Assembly: GCA_047285305.1 (NCBI GenBank)
Contig: JBJBDL010000003.1
Location: 32,001-96,000 of the forward strand
From: Synechococcus sp.
GTDB taxonomy: Bacteria; Cyanobacteriota; Cyanobacteriia; PCC-6307; Cyanobiaceae
Direction of reading: 5' to 3'
Length of the DNA: 64,000 bases
The translations under genes and the position numbers were made by a program. This document shows, piece by piece, positions 10,719-19,983 of the stretch (within the stretch, counting starts at the first letter, position 1; each line of letters begins with the position of its first letter). The notes beneath the pieces were generated by a model, which saw nothing but the letters and a program-made list of their open reading frames with translations, did no database searches and was not told the DNA's origin.

Positions 10719-11546
10719 TCAGCGGCGGTTCAACTTGCCGCTGACCAAACCTTCAAGATCCAGGTTGACGGAGGTGAAGCCAAGGGAGCGAAAGGCCTCG
10801 ACCAGAGGTTCGCTCTCCGCGAACTCGAGCAATGTGCGAATTTGCTCTCTGGGCACCTCAATCCGCGCGGCGAGACCGTGGGATCGCACACGGACGGTGC
10901 TGAAGCCCCTGGCGATCAACCAGGCCTCCGCCTGACCCACCCGCTTTAACCGCTCTGCGCTGATGCTTTCGCCGTAGGGGAAGCGAGAGGCCAAGCAGGG
11001 CTGTGCCGGCTTGTCCCACCAGGGAAAACCGAGGGCCCGGGACAAGGCACGGATTGCTGCTTTGTCGATTGACAATTCAGCCAGGGGGGAGCGAACCCCC
11101 GCCTGTCGGGCCGCATCAATACCAGGCCGATGATCACCCAGATCATCGAGATTGACCCCATCAATCACCAAGGCATCACCCGCAGCCGCAGCAATTGGCT
11201 GAAGGTGGTGGTGCAGTTCACGTTTGCAGGCAAAGCAGCGATCCACCGGGTTGCTGCTGTAGTCGGGGTCGTTCAACTCGGCCGTTGCACATTCCCGATG
11301 CGCAATGCCGATCCAGGAGGCCTGATCACGAGCTTCCCGCAACAGATGCGGCGCCAGGGCCGGGGAGACCCCCGTCACCGCCATGGCGGCATCGCCCTTG
11401 GCTTCGTAGGCCATCGCCGCCACCAGAGTGCTGTCGACCCCACCGGAGTACGCCACACACAGGGCTGACTGCGCTGACATCCAGTGCCGCAGGTCCGCCA
11501 GCAGCTGCTGCTCTCGATCCGCCAAAGGCTCCTGCAACCGAAACAT
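10719..11546 (-). CDS. larE: LarE-family ATP-dependent (PP-loop) sulfur transferase
   Basis: AYSGGVDS PP-loop, N...RCFACK, DG.NLDDLGDHRPG, SPL, WDKPAQPCLASRFPYG, RVR.HG..ARIE. Confidence 0.88.
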   Translation of the reverse strand: MFRLQEPLADREQQLLADLRHWMSAQSALCVAYSGGVDSTLVAAMAYEAKGDAAMAVTGVSPALAPHLLREARDQASWIGIAHRECATAELNDPDYSSNPVDRCFACKRELHHHLQPIAAAAGDALVIDGVNLDDLGDHRPGIDAARQAGVRSPLAELSIDKAAIRALSRALGFPWWDKPAQPCLASRFPYGESISAERLKRVGQAEAWLIARGFSTVRVRSHGLAARIEVPREQIRTLLEFAESEPLVEAFRSLGFTSVNLDLEGLVSGKLNRR

Positions 11547-11599
11547 CAGCGGGGAAAACCAGTTGAGCTAGGTAGGCTCCAACGGTAAGAGCTGTCCCC

Positions 11600-12748
11600 A
11601 TGCCTCGAAGCATCGGCATTGTCACCGCAGCGGACAGCCGCGAGCGCAGCCACGGACAGCTGCACATCTATGACGGCGAGGGCAAGGGCAAAAGCCAGGC
11701 AGCCCTTGGGGTTGTGCTGCGCACCATTGGACTCGGCATCTGCGAGCAGCGGCAGACTCGGGTGCTGCTGTTGCGCTTCCTGAAGGGCCCAGGACGGGCC
11801 TACGACGAGGATGCGGCCATCGAGGCCTTGCAACAGGGGTTTCCTCATCTGATCGACCACCTGCGCACAGGAAGGGCCGATCACTTCACCGCCGACGAAG
11901 CCACACGATTCGACCGAGATGAAGCCCAGCGGGGCTGGGTGATTGCAAAGGGTGCCATCGCCAGTGCCCTCTACTCAGTGGTGGTTCTAGACGAGCTGAA
12001 TCCTGTGCTCGATCTCGGCCTGCTGGACCTGGAGGACGTGGTCCGCACCCTCAGCAACCGGCCGGAGGGGATGGAGATCATTGTCACCGGTCGGGCCGCA
12101 CCGGCCCCCTTGGTGCGTGAGGCCGACCTGCACTCCGAGATGCGGGCCCATCGCCGTCCGGGCATGAACGACAACCGGGTGGTGCCTCTCAATGTGAGCA
12201 GCGGTGTTGAGATCTACACCGGTGAAGGCAAAGGCAAATCAACCAGTGCACTGGGGAAAGCGCTGCAAGCCATCGGGCGGGGCATCAGCCAGGACAAGAG
12301 CCATCGGGTCTTGATCCTGCAGTGGCTCAAAGGCGGCAGCGGCTACACCGAAGATGCAGCCATCGCCGCCCTGCGCGAGAGCTACCCTCATTTAGTGGAC
12401 CACCTCCGCTCCGGCCGCGATGCCATCGTCTGGCGTGGCCAGCAGGAGCCGATTGATTACGTGGAAGCCGAGCGAGCCTGGGAGATCGCACGGGCAGCCA
12501 TCTCAAGCGGCCTCTACAAGACCGTGATCCTCGATGAGTTGAACCCCACAGTCGACCTAGAGCTGCTGCCCGTCGAACCGATCCTGCAGACCCTGCTCCG
12601 CAAACCGGCGGAAACCGAGGTGATCATCACGGGGCGCTGCAAAAACCCTCCGGCCTATTTCGACCTGGCCAGCATCCATTCAGAGATGGTGTGCCACAAG
12701 CACTACGCCGAACAGGGCGTCGACCTGAAGAGAGGGGTGGATTACTAA
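11600..12748 (+). CDS. cobO: Cob(I)yrinic acid a,c-diamide adenosyltransferase, tandem two-domain form
   Basis: Two CobA/CobO repeats: HIYDGEGKGKSQAALG..LDE..TGR and EIYTGEGKGKSTSALG..LDE..TGR; C-terminal KRGVDY. Confidence 0.9.
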   Translation: MPRSIGIVTAADSRERSHGQLHIYDGEGKGKSQAALGVVLRTIGLGICEQRQTRVLLLRFLKGPGRAYDEDAAIEALQQGFPHLIDHLRTGRADHFTADEATRFDRDEAQRGWVIAKGAIASALYSVVVLDELNPVLDLGLLDLEDVVRTLSNRPEGMEIIVTGRAAPAPLVREADLHSEMRAHRRPGMNDNRVVPLNVSSGVEIYTGEGKGKSTSALGKALQAIGRGISQDKSHRVLILQWLKGGSGYTEDAAIAALRESYPHLVDHLRSGRDAIVWRGQQEPIDYVEAERAWEIARAAISSGLYKTVILDELNPTVDLELLPVEPILQTLLRKPAETEVIITGRCKNPPAYFDLASIHSEMVCHKHYAEQGVDLKRGVDY

Positions 12749-12757
12749 CCCTGAGGC

Positions 12758-13894
12758 TCAATAGCGTGGCATTGCTGGATCCACCTGCTGAGACCAGGCA
12801 TCAATTCCTCCGGTCACATTCGTGGCCTCGATGCCCTGCTGAGCCAAAAACTCAACAGCCCTAGCAGAGCGCCCCCCGAGCTTGCAGTGCACCAAAAGGC
12901 GCCGTCCCTCTGCCAATGCACGAACACGATCGATCGCTTCTCCACTCTCCAGCGAGGCCAACGGCACCAAGTGGCTTCCTTCAATCGAAGCCACCTCTGC
13001 TTCAGCAGGATTGCGCACATCAACCAGCGCAATCTCGTCTGGAGCGGAGTCGAGCAGGGCCTTCAGCTCCGTAACAGTGATGGCTTCCATCTCTGATGAC
13101 ACCGGACGGCAGAACTGGCGGTAGTCAATCAGTCTCTCAACTTTCGCTCTGTCGGAATCAACGCGAAGGGTGAGTTCGCGAAATCGCATCGCCAGGGCGT
13201 CAACCACCAGCAGCCGACCATCCAGGCATTCGCCAATGCCAGTGATCAGCTTGATCACTTCGGTGGCCTGAAGCAGACCGATCAGTCCCGGCATCACACC
13301 CATCACCCCCGCCTCCGAGCAGGACGGAACAGCGTCAGGCGGAGGTGGTTCCGGCAGCAGATCGCGGTAATTCGGGCTCGTCGGCGTGCGGTTGAACACG
13401 CTCACCTGGCCGACGAAGCGCTGCACGGAGCCATAGACGAGGGGCTTCCCAAGCAACACACAGGCGTCGTTGATCAGATACCGGCTGGGGAAGTTATCGG
13501 TGCCGTCACAGACCAGGTCGTAGTCAGCGATGAGGTCCAGGGCATTGCCCACATCCAGCATGTGTTGATGCACCTCCACCTGGCAGTGGGGGTTGAGGTC
13601 GTGGATCCGCGCTGCGGCTGAGCGGGCCTTGGAGCCGCCAACCCCGCTGGTGCTGTGAATCACCTGGCGCTGGAGATTGGACAGCTCAACCACATCACCA
13701 TCCACGATTCCGATACGGCCGACACCTGCAGCGGCCAGGTACAGCAGCAGGGGAGATCCAAGCCCCCCACTGCCAACACAAAGCACAGAAGCAGACTTCA
13801 ACCGGAGCTGACCGGCCGGACCAACCTCGGGAAGAATCAGATGGCGGGCGTAGCGCCCCCGCTCATCAGCACTCAGCATCGGTTGGTCTTGCAT
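12758..13894 (-). CDS. moeB: MoeB/ThiF-family adenylyltransferase (E1-like) fused to a C-terminal rhodanese domain
   Basis: RYARHL.L, GSGGLG, D.VELSNLQRQ, DGTDNFPSRYL, PSCSEAGV.G; rhodanese DVR...E and HCKLGGRS..GGI.AW. Confidence 0.92.
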   Translation of the reverse strand: MQDQPMLSADERGRYARHLILPEVGPAGQLRLKSASVLCVGSGGLGSPLLLYLAAAGVGRIGIVDGDVVELSNLQRQVIHSTSGVGGSKARSAAARIHDLNPHCQVEVHQHMLDVGNALDLIADYDLVCDGTDNFPSRYLINDACVLLGKPLVYGSVQRFVGQVSVFNRTPTSPNYRDLLPEPPPPDAVPSCSEAGVMGVMPGLIGLLQATEVIKLITGIGECLDGRLLVVDALAMRFRELTLRVDSDRAKVERLIDYRQFCRPVSSEMEAITVTELKALLDSAPDEIALVDVRNPAEAEVASIEGSHLVPLASLESGEAIDRVRALAEGRRLLVHCKLGGRSARAVEFLAQQGIEATNVTGGIDAWSQQVDPAMPRY

Positions 13895-14339
13895 CGTTGT
13901 GAGTGTCCCAGAGCTGAATCGGGATTTCATCGACACTGCGGTCCCCATGCAGCCACCAGGCCCGCAGGCCAAGCGAGGCAGAGAGGATCAGCATCAGGCT
14001 GTTCGTTTGTCCCAAGCGCCGATCCTGGGGCGAGGGAACGGGCGCGGACGCCGGATGGGAATGGGCCACCCCAAGACAACGTTGATGGCGATCCCGCGCC
14101 CATCGCTGGGCTGCCAACTGCTCCCTTGGATCCACAAGAAACCTGCTGCACCGGTCGTGGACAGGCTGCTGACGGAATGCCCCCCGTCCCCAGACATTGC
14201 AACAGGGCCAGGTCGTGGTCAGCCTCAAACACCCTGAATTAGTCCGTTGTCCAAGCAGCAAAGCGCAGCCTTCTTCGGGGTGGGGCGCCAACAAAATCCG
14301 GCCCAGATGCGTGTGACATCGGTGATCAATTTGAAGCAC
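13866..14339 (-). CDS. JAB/Mov34 (JAMM, peptidase M67) metalloprotease; start uncertain
   Basis: HPEEGCALLLG, RF.VDPREQ, JAMM motif HSHP....PS..D; overlaps the moeB start. Confidence 0.85.
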   Translation of the reverse strand: MLQIDHRCHTHLGRILLAPHPEEGCALLLGQRTNSGCLRLTTTWPCCNVWGRGAFRQQPVHDRCSRFLVDPREQLAAQRWARDRHQRCLGVAHSHPASAPVPSPQDRRLGQTNSLMLILSASLGLRAWWLHGDRSVDEIPIQLWDTHNDARPTDAEC

Positions 14340-14403
14340 GGATGGCGTAGACCTCGTCGCACCGATACGCTCAGCTGAAATTGTGAAGGATTTAGTCGTT
14401 CTC

Positions 14404-14790
14404 ATGAGTGACGCCCCCACTGAAGTTAAGGATGCCGCCACAACTGTGACGACACCGCTCGAAACCCCTGCTCAGGAGGACACCACCTCCTTCGCTGAGC
14501 GCTACAGCGACGTGCTGGGCAAGGTGAACGACACGCTCGATCAGGTCGACTGGAGTCAGATGGGACGCATCGGCAAGATCGTCGGCATCTTTGCGGCCGT
14601 GATCATTGCCCAGATTCTGATCAAGGGAATCCTTGACACGATCAATCTGCTGCCGATCGTTCCGGGCCTGCTTGAACTGCTCGGCGTGGTCGTGGTGGGC
14701 CAATGGAGCTGGAAGAACCTCACCACCAGCGACAAGCGCAGTGCCCTAGTTCAGCGCGTTCAAACACTACGGAAGGAGTACCTGGGCTGA
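14404..14790 (+). CDS. curT: CAAD-domain thylakoid curvature protein (CurT/CURT1-like)
   Basis: Acidic N-terminus, two hydrophobic helices, IN.LP..P.LLEL.G....W..NL....R CAAD pattern. Confidence 0.8.
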   Translation: MSDAPTEVKDAATTVTTPLETPAQEDTTSFAERYSDVLGKVNDTLDQVDWSQMGRIGKIVGIFAAVIIAQILIKGILDTINLLPIVPGLLELLGVVVVGQWSWKNLTTSDKRSALVQRVQTLRKEYLG

Positions 14791-14793
14791 TCT

Positions 14794-15681
14794 TCAAAGC
14801 CGCCGAGCCAGATCTTTGAGACTGGCTCGGCATTGGCTCAAATAACTCCCCCCAAACAAATTGGCGTGGTTAAGCAGGTGGTACAGGTTGTAGATCTCCA
14901 CCCGACCGTCAGCGCCTGCAGCTTCGGGGATCACGTCCCGATAACCCGAGCGGAAGGCTTCACTGAAACCGCCGAACAACCGGGTCATGGCCAGATCAAC
15001 TTCCCGATCAGCCCACCAGCTGGCGGGATCAAAAATGCTCCCCCGTCCATCGCTCAGGCTTGCAGCATTCCCACCCCAGAGATCACCGTGCACCAAAGCA
15101 GGACGCGGTTGATGCTCGTTCAGATGCTCTGCGAGGCGCAGCAACAACGGGTTGAGGTCCGTTGAATCCTGCTGAAACACATCAAGGATCTCGAGTTGAG
15201 GTCGCAGCCTGAGCTCCACGAAGGCTGATCCCCAGTCATCGCGCCACCCCCCCGGTTGAGGTCCAGCGCCAATGAAGCCGTCACGGTGCCAACCAAAACG
15301 AGCTGGGCTGGAGGCCATCGACGCCTGATGCAGCAGTGCCAAACCCCGTCCGAGAGCTGTTTGGTCGTTGCCACCGCAATCCAACCAGGGCAACAGCAGC
15401 ACCGAACCATGGGGCAATGCCGCCAGGGAGATGGGCTGCGGCACAACCAAGAACGAGGCATCGGCTTGGGCATGCAGGGCCTCAAGGGCCTCCGCCTCCA
15501 CCTCAAACAGGGGCAGCGCGCTGGCGCCACCACTTTTGGCAAACAGCACCTGGCCATCACCGAGGCACAGTTTCCAGGCCTGGTGGATGCAGCCCCCACC
15601 AACGGCGGAGACATCCGTGATGACAGCCCCCGCTAAAGGCCCATCCGCCGCAGTGAGATCCCGGCGCAGTTGGCTGTTCAT
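14794..15681 (-). CDS. Fructosamine-3-kinase family protein
   Basis: VGGGCIH, F.K, LA.LH, FGW..DGFIG..PQ, P.LVHGDLWGGN, FDPA...DREVDLAM..LFGGF. Confidence 0.9.
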   Translation of the reverse strand: MNSQLRRDLTAADGPLAGAVITDVSAVGGGCIHQAWKLCLGDGQVLFAKSGGASALPLFEVEAEALEALHAQADASFLVVPQPISLAALPHGSVLLLPWLDCGGNDQTALGRGLALLHQASMASSPARFGWHRDGFIGAGPQPGGWRDDWGSAFVELRLRPQLEILDVFQQDSTDLNPLLLRLAEHLNEHQPRPALVHGDLWGGNAASLSDGRGSIFDPASWWADREVDLAMTRLFGGFSEAFRSGYRDVIPEAAGADGRVEIYNLYHLLNHANLFGGSYLSQCRASLKDLARRL

Positions 15682-15708
15682 CCTCAGCAAGCCCACTGTC
15701 TTGCCAGC

Positions 15709-17235
15709 ATGACCCCGATTCATCAGGACGTCGTGAGCGATTCCAGCGTGATCGTGGTGGGCGGTGGGATCGCTGGCTTAACGGCAGCGGCACTCCTGTC
15801 ACACGATGGCGTCAACGTCACGCTGCTGGAAGCGCATCAACAACCGGGGGGGTGTGCCGGAACGTTCCGGCGTGGTCCATGGGTGTTCGATGTTGGGGCG
15901 ACCCAGGTCGCTGGGTTGGAACCCGGAGGCAGCCATGCACGACTGCTGAAGCATCTGAACATGCCTCTTCCCAGCGCAGAGCTTCTGGACCCAGGCTGTG
16001 TGGTCGACCTCGGCGATGGCTCCCCTCCCATTTCGCTATGGCATGACCCGGAAGCCTGGGCCGCTGAACGTGAGCGTCAATTTCCGGGCAGCCGCCGCTT
16101 CTGGAGCCTTTGCCATCAGTTGCATTCCAGCAACTGGCAGTTCGCCAGCCAGGACCCCGTAGTGACACCGCGTTCCCTCTGGGATCTCGGCACATTGCTG
16201 GGGGCCCTGCGGCCCGCAACACTGGCATCGGGACTGTTCACAGGTCTGACCATTGCCGATCTGTTGCAGCTGTGTGGGTGCGGTGACGATCAACGGCTGC
16301 GGTGCTTTCTCGACCTCCAGCTGAAGCTGTACTCCCAGGAAACGGCCGATCGCACGGCGGCGCTGTACGGCGCAACCGTCCTGCACATGGCCCAAGCACC
16401 GCTCGGGCTCTGGCATCTAGAGGGATCGATGCAGGTGTTGAGCAATCAGCTGGTGGCCGCCATTGAGCGCGACGGCGGGACGGTGCTGATGAAGCATCGG
16501 GTCACCAAGCTGCAGCCCAGCTCATCCGGTTGGCAGGTGACGATCAGCACCGGCAAAGGCACGGAACACCAATGCAGCAGCCGGGATGTGGTCTGCAGCC
16601 TGCCCCCCCAGTGTCTGCTGGAGCTGATCGAACCGGATCAGCTGCCGAAGGGGTACCGAAAGCGACTGGACAATCTGCATGAACCGAGTGGTGCGCTGGT
16701 GCTCTACGGAGCGGTGCGGCGTGATTCGCTCCCACATCCCTGCCCAGGCCATCTCCAGCGGGGCTGCGCATCCCCGGGGCCTCTGTTCGTCTCCATCAGC
16801 CGCGAAGGCGATGGGCGTGCGCCCCAGGGGCAGGCCACCTTGATTGCCAGCGTGTTCACCCCAACGGGCGACTGGTGCCGCTTGCCGGAGCCGGACTACC
16901 AACAGCGCAAAACAGAGATGCTGAACCTGATCCAAGCCGAGCTGAACCGCTGGCTGTCGCTAGAGGACGACGCCTGGTTGCACGCTGAACTGGCAACACC
17001 ACGGGGCTTCGCCGGTTGGACGGGCCGTCCCAATGGCATGGTCGGGGGCCTTGGGCAGCATCCAAGCCGGTTCGGCCCCTTCGGCCTGGCAGGACGAACG
17101 CCCATGCCGGGTCTTTGGCTCTGCGGCGACAGCCTCCATCCTGGCGAGGGCACAGCAGGGGTGAGCCTTTCAGCACTCAATGCCTGCCGTCAGCTCAGGG
17201 CCGAGCGGGGACAACCGCTCAGCTTCCGGAGCTGA
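15709..17235 (+). CDS. crtD: Carotenoid C-3',4' desaturase CrtD-like FAD oxidoreductase
   Basis: VVGGGIAGL Rossmann motif, GGCAGTF.R...FDVGATQVAG.EPGG.H, DLQLKLYSQ, CGDS.HPGEGTAGVS. Confidence 0.8.
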   Translation: MTPIHQDVVSDSSVIVVGGGIAGLTAAALLSHDGVNVTLLEAHQQPGGCAGTFRRGPWVFDVGATQVAGLEPGGSHARLLKHLNMPLPSAELLDPGCVVDLGDGSPPISLWHDPEAWAAERERQFPGSRRFWSLCHQLHSSNWQFASQDPVVTPRSLWDLGTLLGALRPATLASGLFTGLTIADLLQLCGCGDDQRLRCFLDLQLKLYSQETADRTAALYGATVLHMAQAPLGLWHLEGSMQVLSNQLVAAIERDGGTVLMKHRVTKLQPSSSGWQVTISTGKGTEHQCSSRDVVCSLPPQCLLELIEPDQLPKGYRKRLDNLHEPSGALVLYGAVRRDSLPHPCPGHLQRGCASPGPLFVSISREGDGRAPQGQATLIASVFTPTGDWCRLPEPDYQQRKTEMLNLIQAELNRWLSLEDDAWLHAELATPRGFAGWTGRPNGMVGGLGQHPSRFGPFGLAGRTPMPGLWLCGDSLHPGEGTAGVSLSALNACRQLRAERGQPLSFRS

Positions 17236-18145
17236 CCTCCCCCGGTGCCCTCAAAAAATCCGGGCGCAGGGTCTGCGTTCGGCGCAGTTCCAACTCGAGC
17301 TGAGACCAATTTTGCTGGAGCACGGCATCTTCGAGCTGCTCCAGGCTCCAGCGGTAGGCCGCCAAGCCGCGCAACACCGCATCCCTATTCGTGGATGACA
17401 TCGCCACCCCCAGCTCGGGATTCCCTCCACCCACACGACTGGTGTCGGCAAAGCCACTGGACGCCAGCACCATGGCCAGCTGCCGGATCTCCGGATCCCG
17501 TTCATCGCCCACTGCCCGCAGCAGTGCAGCACTCACCAGCACCGGCATGTGGGAAATCAGCGCCACAGCCTGGTCGTGCTGGGACGCGGTGGACGTCAAC
17601 CAATGGCCACCCACACTGACGGCCAGATCGCGAATCTGGGCCAGGGCAGCGGGGTCTGTTGCCGCATCAGGAGTCGCGATCCAAGGGCGACCACGGAACA
17701 GATCCACCACCCCGGCGTCAACGCCCGCCTGAGCTGTGCCTGCCATGGGGTGACTGGCCACAAAGCGTGGATGCCGCTGGCGCCAAGCCTCCAACACAGG
17801 CTGTTTGACCGAACCGACATCCGTGATCACCGCTGCTTCAGGCAGGGCGGCAATGAGTTCATCCGGCGGGTTCAGCAGCAAGGGAATGGGCAACGCCAGG
17901 ATCACCAGGTCGCAATCCGAGAGGCAGCTGGGATCGGTCGACACCGCTCCCACCAGCCCTCGGGCCATGGCGCGATCCGCCGTGGCCTGGCGATGCACGA
18001 GGCCCTGCACCGTCCAGCCCCGCGCCTGAAGATCCAGCCCAAGGGATCCCCCGATCAAGCCAAGGCCAACGATCCCCACACGTCCCGGTTGCACCGCCAT
18101 CCCTCCCGCAGGGTCGTGAAGCCATGTTGATGGATGGATTGCCAT
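17219..18145 (-). CDS. tyrA: Prephenate/arogenate dehydrogenase
   Basis: GIVGLGLIGGS, TDVGSVK, HPMAG, HD.AVALISH.P, GFADTSRV. Confidence 0.92.
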   Translation of the reverse strand: MAIHPSTWLHDPAGGMAVQPGRVGIVGLGLIGGSLGLDLQARGWTVQGLVHRQATADRAMARGLVGAVSTDPSCLSDCDLVILALPIPLLLNPPDELIAALPEAAVITDVGSVKQPVLEAWRQRHPRFVASHPMAGTAQAGVDAGVVDLFRGRPWIATPDAATDPAALAQIRDLAVSVGGHWLTSTASQHDQAVALISHMPVLVSAALLRAVGDERDPEIRQLAMVLASSGFADTSRVGGGNPELGVAMSSTNRDAVLRGLAAYRWSLEQLEDAVLQQNWSQLELELRRTQTLRPDFLRAPGEVSSGS

Positions 18146-18183
18146 GAACCAATCGCCAGGGGAGCCCTGCTTAGGGTTTAACG

Positions 18184-19629
18184 ATGTTGGAAGCCCAGGC
18201 CCACCACCAGATCAAAACCCTGCTCCGTCAGGAGGAATCGGACTGGCCCCACCACCTGACACTGAGCCGGCTGGTGGCACGAAGCCTGAGGCGTCGCGAC
18301 ACTACCCTCGTCCAACTCCCCCCCAGCAGCAGCGAACGCTGGTGGCTCGGTCTGCTGGTGCCGCTGTGTCTGGCTCCCGAAGCGGGGGCACTGGTTCTGA
18401 CGGCCCCCCAGCGCCGGCGTCTGCTCCAGCTGGAATTGCCCCGACTCCGCAACCAGGGCCTGAGGCTCCCCTGCTGGCAGGGAGCGACGCCTCCGCAGGG
18501 TCCACAGCTCTGGCTGATGGATGTTGGCGAGCTGATTCAGGCCCATCGCGACGGGCACTTGGGCCAACGGCAACTGCTGATCCCGGAGATGGATCAGTTG
18601 AACCGGCGGATGCGCAACGCTCTCACCTTGGAGATCGAGCATCAGCACTGGGATGAGCTGCGCCAAGCCTGTCCCCAGGCGGAATCCGGATTGATGGAGC
18701 TGCATGACCGCATGAGCCGCCAGCTGTTCGCTGATGCCACGAGGCCAGATGGCGCAGTGCGACTCGAAGGCTCAGCCGGGCAGGCCCTGCGTGACCTACT
18801 CCAGCTGATGCCAGCCAGCCCTGAACCGTGGAACACCCTTCGGAGCATCAATCCAGCGGAATGGAGTCAGTGGGCCGAACTGGATCACCGGCTGCTCCAG
18901 TGGCGCTGGAAGCTGGCCCCCCTCGAACCACTCCAACTGCTGCGAGGGGTGCTGCGGAATCACCCCTGCCTGATGTTCAGCAGCAATGGAGACAACGCCA
19001 GGATTGATCTGGAATTTGAACAGGCCGGCGTTGTCCCGGACGTGCGGGCAACACTGCGGGAACGGGAGCTGAATGAACCGCTCCCCCTCTATGCCCCGCG
19101 TCGCCAGCCGCTGCCAAACACCCGGATCTACGCCCAACATCTCCTGGAGGAGAGCAGAAGGCTCATCCTTGGCCAGGCGGGGCTCACCCTTGTTCTGATC
19201 AATGACGACCAGCTGCGTCGGCAGCTGACCAGCTCCCTTGCTGCGGAATTTGGACGCCGTGTGGTGCATGAGTCGACAGCACCCGAAAGCAATGGCGTGG
19301 TGACCTGCACTTGGGACTGGTGGCTGGAGCATCAAGAGCAGCTGCCAGCCCCAGCACAGCTAATTGTCGGCATGCTCCCCATCGCCAGCCTGGACAATCC
19401 GCTCACCTCGGCTCGAGTGGAGCGGTTGAAACAGCAGGGAGAGGACTGGTTCCGCACCCTGCTGCTGCCGGAAGCCCTGAGCCTGATCCCTGCCACCATT
19501 GCGCCGCTGCGCCGCAGTGGTGGTCGCCTGGCCATCCTCGATGGCCGCCTCCGAGGGCGCAGTTGGGGGGATCAGGTGCTGAATCGACTGGAACCTTGGA
19601 TTCCGTTGCAACGACTGCTGCCGGAGTGA
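18184..19629 (+). CDS. DinG/Rad3-like helicase C-terminal-domain protein (degenerate)
   Basis: C-terminal LP...DNPL..R....DWFR..LLP.AL...PLR..GG..AILD.R....WG motif of DinG-family helicases; no Walker A. Confidence 0.7.
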   Translation: MLEAQAHHQIKTLLRQEESDWPHHLTLSRLVARSLRRRDTTLVQLPPSSSERWWLGLLVPLCLAPEAGALVLTAPQRRRLLQLELPRLRNQGLRLPCWQGATPPQGPQLWLMDVGELIQAHRDGHLGQRQLLIPEMDQLNRRMRNALTLEIEHQHWDELRQACPQAESGLMELHDRMSRQLFADATRPDGAVRLEGSAGQALRDLLQLMPASPEPWNTLRSINPAEWSQWAELDHRLLQWRWKLAPLEPLQLLRGVLRNHPCLMFSSNGDNARIDLEFEQAGVVPDVRATLRERELNEPLPLYAPRRQPLPNTRIYAQHLLEESRRLILGQAGLTLVLINDDQLRRQLTSSLAAEFGRRVVHESTAPESNGVVTCTWDWWLEHQEQLPAPAQLIVGMLPIASLDNPLTSARVERLKQQGEDWFRTLLLPEALSLIPATIAPLRRSGGRLAILDGRLRGRSWGDQVLNRLEPWIPLQRLLPE

Positions 19630-19664
19630 ACAACACCTAACCTCCCTGCAACGCTCTGAAGTGA

Positions 19665-19913
19665 ATGGGAGAAGCACGCCGCCGAGCTGCCCAGGGCTTA
19701 CCCCCTCGTCAGCCCAAGGCCAGCACCAAAGCTGTGGACACCTCCCCACGGGTGGTGTCCTGGCTGCCGCTGACCCGCAATCAGACGCAGCAGTTCATGG
19801 CGGTGACCACCCGCGGCGCCTGGATCGGAATCGGAGGGATGGTGGTGCTCTGGATCACGGTGCGCTTCATCGGCCCAGCGGCCGGTTGGTGGACGCTTGC
19901 AGATACCCCCTGA
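19665..19913 (+). CDS. Conserved small membrane protein (DUF2839-like)
   Basis: MGEARRR..GLPPR N-terminus; TT.GAW.GIG...W..VRFIGP..GWW. Confidence 0.8.
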   Translation: MGEARRRAAQGLPPRQPKASTKAVDTSPRVVSWLPLTRNQTQQFMAVTTRGAWIGIGGMVVLWITVRFIGPAAGWWTLADTP

Positions 19914-19983
19914 GCAACCGGCTCAGCCGAACAAACGAAAACAAAAGAAAACCTTTAGACTGGGTCTCAATGGAGACTCAGTT

